From IMG/VR virus record IMGVR_UViG_3300011008_000999: a DNA stretch of 64,000 nt; one strand, given 5' to 3'. This DNA comes from a virus. Its lineage: Duplodnaviria; Caudoviricetes. Under the pieces are notes generated by a model. It worked only from the letters and a program-made list of their open reading frames with translations, was not told the origin of the DNA and ran no database searches. A program made the position numbers and the translations under genes. Positions 59,421-64,000 of this stretch are shown here, in pieces; within the stretch, counting starts at the first letter, position 1; every line of letters starts with the position of its first letter.

Positions 59421-59492
59421 AAGTCCCTTGTGTCTGCCAATTCCACCATATCCGCATTTGTATGGGCTAGGGTTACTAACCCATACTTATGT

Positions 59493-59586
59493 TTAAGCAG
59501 CTACAGTAACTGCTGCATAACGATCACTACAGATCACATCAAGCATTGCTTCGAGAGGTGTCTTATTCATTCCCTGAACTAAGTTC
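59493..59586 (-). pseudogene. C-terminal remnant of a DUF2828/vWA (Ro60/TROVE-like) gene
   Basis: NLVQGMNKTPLEAMLDVICSDRYAAVTVAA* followed by hairpin; family recognised from memory of the TP..ML....S.RY ending. Confidence 0.55.
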
Positions 59587-59733
59587 GTGAACTACTCGGC
59601 AACAAGTTACCGAGCTTCTTGCTTCAACCACTACTGCTAGGCTACACGTAACCGTGTTGGCTAGTCTTACACAGTGTCCACAAGCGTATAAGTTCGGGCA
59701 GTTCCTGCCCTACTATAAGAATAAGAGATGGAT

Positions 59734-60858
59734 TTAGGCTACTTGTAGTAATCTGAGTCCTTCATTTTTTATGTTGATAGCTGCATTGTAGTCTCTATCT
59801 ATAGTTAGACCACAATCACATTTATATATTCTATCAGCAAGGGTAAGCTTTCTTTGGCTTCCGCAACAGCTACATAGCTGTGAGGAAGGATACCATTTAT
59901 CTACTTTGATAAAGTATTTTCCTCTATCAAAAAGCTTGTACTCTAGCATATTTAGAAATAATCCATAGTCGTTATCTAAAGTAGCCTTTCCATTTCCAAA
60001 GCCCTTATTAGACATAGCTCTCATATCAAGGCTTTCTACACATACAACGTCATACTGATTGGCTATCTCAGTAGAGAGTTTATGTAAATTATCTAGTCTT
60101 TGGTTAGTGATGTGTCTATGGATTTTATTTACTTTCTTTAATTGTTTTAGATAGTTATTGGATTTCTTTTCATTCTTTTTAGAACCTATTTTACGAGAAA
60201 GTTTACGTTGTTCTTTAGCGAGCTTTTTATGACTTTCTCGATAGTATTTATGATTGGAACCTATATTTCCATTACTATCCATATACAAACCATCAGATTT
60301 ATAATCTAAGCCGATTGCATTATCTGATTTAGTAACTTTAGTAATAACTCTGTCAAATTCAAAGAGAATAGAAATATAAAAACTACCATCACTTTCTTGA
60401 GATACAGTAGCAGACTTGATTATCCAGTCAGCCTCTGGCTGTCTATGGATAACTGCCTTCACCTTACCTATCTTAGGTAACTTGATGTACTTATCATCTA
60501 TGATTGCCACCGTACCTTTTTGATTATTAGTAGTATAGGACTTTCTAGTATGCTTTCTTGACTTGAATTTAGGAAAGCCATTACGTTTTTTACGTTTCTT
60601 GTCAAAGAAAGCCTTATAGGAAGACTGTAAGTTGATTTGTACATTGGCGAGAGCCAAAGAATCAACTTCCTTCAAGAATGTATAGTCTTTCTTGTACTGT
60701 GCAGGCGTAGTCTGAAAACTCTCGCCTGTAGCTTTGTAATAAGCAATCTTATCTACGAGCATAAGATTCCACACCTTACGGCAACAGCCGAAGGTCTGTG
60801 CAAACTTATCAGCTTGTTCAGTTGTAGGATATACTCGATACTTGATTGCTTTATTCAT
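59734..60858 (-). CDS. tnpB: RNA-guided endonuclease TnpB
   Basis: GLDY, VESL, DRDYNAA; Zn finger. Confidence 0.95.
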   Translation of the reverse strand: MNKAIKYRVYPTTEQADKFAQTFGCCRKVWNLMLVDKIAYYKATGESFQTTPAQYKKDYTFLKEVDSLALANVQINLQSSYKAFFDKKRKKRNGFPKFKSRKHTRKSYTTNNQKGTVAIIDDKYIKLPKIGKVKAVIHRQPEADWIIKSATVSQESDGSFYISILFEFDRVITKVTKSDNAIGLDYKSDGLYMDSNGNIGSNHKYYRESHKKLAKEQRKLSRKIGSKKNEKKSNNYLKQLKKVNKIHRHITNQRLDNLHKLSTEIANQYDVVCVESLDMRAMSNKGFGNGKATLDNDYGLFLNMLEYKLFDRGKYFIKVDKWYPSSQLCSCCGSQRKLTLADRIYKCDCGLTIDRDYNAAINIKNEGLRLLQVA

Positions 60859-61268
60859 AGCTGTACATTCTTTTGCCTTTCTATATATTTTAGGATGTTT
60901 TCCTCAGAGGTGGAGCCTATGGTTTCACAGAAGTAAGAGCCATTCCAAAGTTGACCTTTCCAAAGCATAGTTCTAATCTCAGGAAACTCTTTGAGTAATG
61001 TATTCCCACTAATGCCTTTGAGATACTTTACTATTTGAGTAACTGAAATCTTTGGTGGAGCAGATACAAAACAATGAACGTGGTCGCTTTCACCAACTTT
61101 GCAATCTACCACAGTAAAGCCTTTCTCAATACCTATCTCTTTTACTAACTCATAGAGTCTTTCAGCTATCTCAGGTTTGAGAACTTTCCTTCTGTATTTG
61201 ACACACCATACGATGTGATAATTGATATTGTAGACGCAGGTGCGTCCGTGAGTGTACTTGTTATTCAT
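60855..61268 (-). CDS. tnpA: Y1 HUH transposase
   Basis: YHIVWCVKYRR, DHVH, LKG.S, YIERQ. Confidence 0.95.
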   Translation of the reverse strand: MNNKYTHGRTCVYNINYHIVWCVKYRRKVLKPEIAERLYELVKEIGIEKGFTVVDCKVGESDHVHCFVSAPPKISVTQIVKYLKGISGNTLLKEFPEIRTMLWKGQLWNGSYFCETIGSTSEENILKYIERQKNVQL

Positions 61269-61416
61269 ACATATAGTATATATCTAATGTGTATCAATGT
61301 TAATATTTATGCTATTAGCTAATCATACATATAGTATAATAATTTAGGTTGAGAAAAACGGGCTTTCATCTCGGATACAAGTAACCGAGAATTCCCGCCC
61401 GAATTCTTAAAGGTGT

Positions 61417-62136
61417 TTGCTGTTTGAGTCACATGTATTTTGAGTCGTCCACTAAAGTAGGACCTCTCTAATTAAATGATTGACAAGATCTGTTAATAGG
61501 ATTTTTCGACGATCTTTATACTCGATTTCCTCGTACGTTGTGGACGTACAAACCAGACTTTACAGTCATCATCGTTAACATTTGATAATGTTTGCTGTAG
61601 TCAATCACAAAATGCAATTGTAAAGGTACGATACCTAAATGACGAGTTTAACAAGATAATTTTTTCGCATAAATTTTCTGTTGTTAATGTTTTGCAGTAA
61701 TCGTCACAAATAGGTGAGTTACTAAATGACTGACAAGGAACGTTTAATGGGATTTTTTGGTCGTTACCTATGCTACACCGTTTCCCGACATGTTAGGTAC
61801 ATGCCAACCTAATTTTTATTTACCTAAAATAAAATTAAGAAGATTTGCAATTGTATTGCTGTTAAGTCAGTCACGACTTGTAAAAAATATGATTGTCACG
61901 GACTCTTTCTCGGATTTTCTGGTGGCATACCGCTCTTTACCGTTTCCGGATAGATCATTTGAATCGGATCTTTTGGCTGATACTATCATGTTCCATTTCC
62001 GGATAGGTCGTTAGTCAGATTTTTAGTGACCTATCAGTATACATTTTCTGGATTGTTAAACAATCAGCTTTGGCACCTTTATCGTGCACATACTGTTATC
62101 ATCTTTAATAGAATGATTTGCTGTTAAGACAATCAC
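61417..62136 (-). repeat. Array of five handle-RNA units (one truncated)
   Basis: 61889..62136, 61726..61874, 61639..61707, 61476..61608, 61417..61432; covarying terminal helices plus AC(A/T)GCAA. Confidence 0.8.
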
Positions 62137-62159
62137 AAATTTAAGTGTTTCCACTTAAG

Positions 62160-62232
62160 CTCCCTCAGTAGGACTCGAACCTACGACCCTGCGGTTAACA
62201 GCCGCATGCTCTACCAACTGAGCTATAAAGGA
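62160..62232 (-). tRNA. tRNA-Asn(GTT)
   Basis: Cloverleaf. Confidence 0.9.
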
Positions 62233-62488
62233 ATAATTTGACCCGTTGTTTTTCGGAATATAATTCCTAGTCAAGGAAAGTGGAATCATACTTTCAGTAA
62301 TAAGTTATGTATAAACCTGACACATTATACATAACTAGACTTCCGTCTACTCCACCACCTGATATTTCAATCAGGAATGTAAAATAACTTACATTTAAGA
62401 TGCGGTATAACAGAGTAAACTCTGCACGATACTTGATGCTACTAAATGCATTTATAAGCTTTGTAGTCATTCTATATCTATACCGCAA

Positions 62489-62564
62489 TTGCGGAGCCTG
62501 GGAGTCGAACCCAGTATCTCACAGGTTATGAGCCTGGAATGGTATTCCGTTCCACTCGCCCGCG
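62489..62564 (-). tRNA. Initiator-like tRNA-Met(CAT)
   Basis: C1:A72 mismatch; only two of the three G-C anticodon-stem pairs. Confidence 0.8.
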
Positions 62565-62730
62565 ATGAGAAGTATTAGGTCTTGATCCCAACGAGCTCGC
62601 CCACCTGCGAGTACTTCCCAGCGTATGAAGACTAATATATAATATTGGAGGTATTATAACAAGCTTCACTGACAAAAAGTAGCGCAATCGCTCTTCATAC
62701 GCAAACATCAATTTTTATCCTTTCGGATAG

Positions 62731-62805
62731 TCGGAATGACAGGACTCGAACCTGCGACCTCGTGATCCCAAATCACGCATTCTAGCCAAACTGAACTACA
62801 TCCCG
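62731..62805 (-). tRNA. tRNA-Pro(TGG)
   Basis: Cloverleaf. Confidence 0.9.
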
Positions 62806-62843
62806 AAACTATTACCTCCGAAGAGGTAAAAGGTTTACAAAAT

Positions 62844-63727
62844 ACGCTGAGATAATTGGCGTTTGTACATAGCATCTATAGTCGTTGGAGACTATTTATC
62901 ACACAGTCGATTAGACTGTAGCTATGAATGGCACTAATCTTGAGAAGATTAGCAGACACTTACCAGAAGCTTTATAGATTTCATTTTGTCACATTCTTCC
63001 TTGCGGGATTCACAGCTTGCGGGCTGTTAGAGTTGCAACTACTCTTACTTCTCTCATGTATCACCTTGCGAGTTTTACATGCCACCATATTGCAGATGGA
63101 TAAGCCATTTTTCAGCTTTCTGGTCGGATGCACTTTTGCGATTTTTAATCAAATAATTTGGTTATTATATTAACTGTATAATCCAAATCCTATGAGGATA
63201 ATGTTTTCCATTCCATTGAACTACGAGGCATCCGTTTGGACACCAATACCTTTTGAGTACTGTCCATCCATCGTAATTCTGCTTGTCTTGTGTCGACTTA
63301 CTCGATTATTCTGAACCGCTCTTTCGATTAGAACCATCACATCCAATTCAATCCACCGAAGTGAATATCCTCTTCAGTCTCCGGAACTTCTCTTTCAAGT
63401 TGGATCCATCATAAAAGTAAATTTAGCACTTATTATATCCCTATAACTTGCACCAAAGATCTAACTACTGAGCTCTATTATTTCTAATAAAGAGAACATT
63501 TTCCATTGCTCTGTTTGCTTCGACCTCTCAATCACTTGACCGTTGAGGTTACGTTCAAACTAAGTAGTTTAGGTTTTCCGCTGTACTGTATTACTACAGT
63601 CGAGAAAGGTTTGGCTCCTTACTCTTTATCCCTGTTACCAGGTTTATCTAACGACCCGAAACCGACCGGTTATATTAAACAATCAAATTTTAGGGCCAGA
63701 ACCGAAGTTCTAGTTCAACTTGATTGA
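62844..63727 (-). ncRNA. GOLLD-like giant structured RNA
   Basis: About 880 nt without a credible ORF; many GCAA/GAAA/TTCG hairpins, CTCAAAAGG, 3' ACGCC..ATCTCAGCGT; beside tRNA genes. Confidence 0.7.
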
Positions 63728-63763
63728 TTAACACCTTAATTTGTCAAGGTTCAATTAAATTCA

Positions 63764-63822
63764 ATGACTCGTTATATTTTTCACCCAATTGAAAATTTTT
63801 TAGTATTTGCTGACTAAGTCAC
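63764..63822 (-). ncRNA. Stand-alone handle RNA unit
   Basis: GTGACTT-AGTCAGCAA...TTTTCA-ATTGGG-TGAAAA...GAGTCAT. Confidence 0.7.
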
Positions 63823-64000
63823 ATTTGAATTTATTAATAATAAATAGCTCTTCGTTCTCATTTTCGATGAATATCAATCATATCTGATATAATCAATATT
63901 CATTACTCATTCGAATCGATATTGTTATCTTATCACAGTGTTTTTTGTTTGTAAATAGTTTTTTGAAAATTTTTTAATTTTTTCGAAGTTCTATATCAAA

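Larger units (their letters stand above)
58680..59455 (-). tRNA. tRNA-Leu(TAA), intron-split (exons 59421..59455 and 58680..58728)
   Basis: Joined exons give AGGGA-CTTAAAA-TCCCT and a full Leu cloverleaf. Confidence 0.9.
59587..61406 (-). mobile_element. IS200/IS605 element (tnpA + tnpB)
   Basis: LE after TTTAA with CTCGGTTACTTGTATCCGAG hairpin; RE hairpin CTCGGTAACTTGTTGCCGAG ending TCAC. Confidence 0.9.

Noticed and set aside
61417-62136. CRISPR array
   Set aside because: Repeats are not identical, spacing varies from about 70 to 250 nt, and there is no cas operon; the Cas4-like nuclease at 501 is solitary
35831-62805. Suppressor tRNAs or alternative genetic code
   Set aside because: No CTA, TTA or TCA anticodon found and genes are intact in code 11
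46873-63727. Short ORFs overlapping RNA genes (e.g. 46974, 50068, 56875, 57263, 57493, 61757, 62526, 62928, 63506)
   Set aside because: They overlap tRNAs or structured RNAs and lack RBS or protein-like composition

Overview
AT-rich window in which essentially all genes are on the minus strand. It looks like part of a large (jumbo) phage or similar extrachromosomal element of a spore-forming Clostridia/Lachnospiraceae-like host; no virion genes are recognisable here. Left half: a strongly reduced bacterial-type multisubunit RNA polymerase (beta plus beta' split in two), a kinase-RNA ligase, a complete four-step NAD+ salvage set (PncA, PncB, NadR/NadM-like adenylyltransferase, NadE), envelope proteins, a replication module (primase, DnaB-like helicase, DnaC-like loader, initiator), a resolvase and RecA. 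Right half: an RNA-rich region with about 38 canonical tRNAs (including rare Leu-AAG and Thr-AGT), tmRNA plus SmpB, a tRNA-Leu(UAA) split by an HNH-encoding group I intron, a GOLLD-like large RNA, two IS200/IS605 TnpB elements and about 20 non-canonical tRNA-like RNAs. The top candidate for a new system is a modular RNA handle (GUGAY/RUCAU helix plus single-stranded ACAGCAA). It occurs about 11 times: as stand-alone cargo-bearing RNAs, circularly permuted inside tRNA scaffolds, and replacing a tRNA acceptor stem. It lies next to the remnant of a DUF2828/vWA (Ro60-like) gene, suggesting a Y-RNA-like ribonucleoprotein system. All family assignments are by eye; no searches were run.
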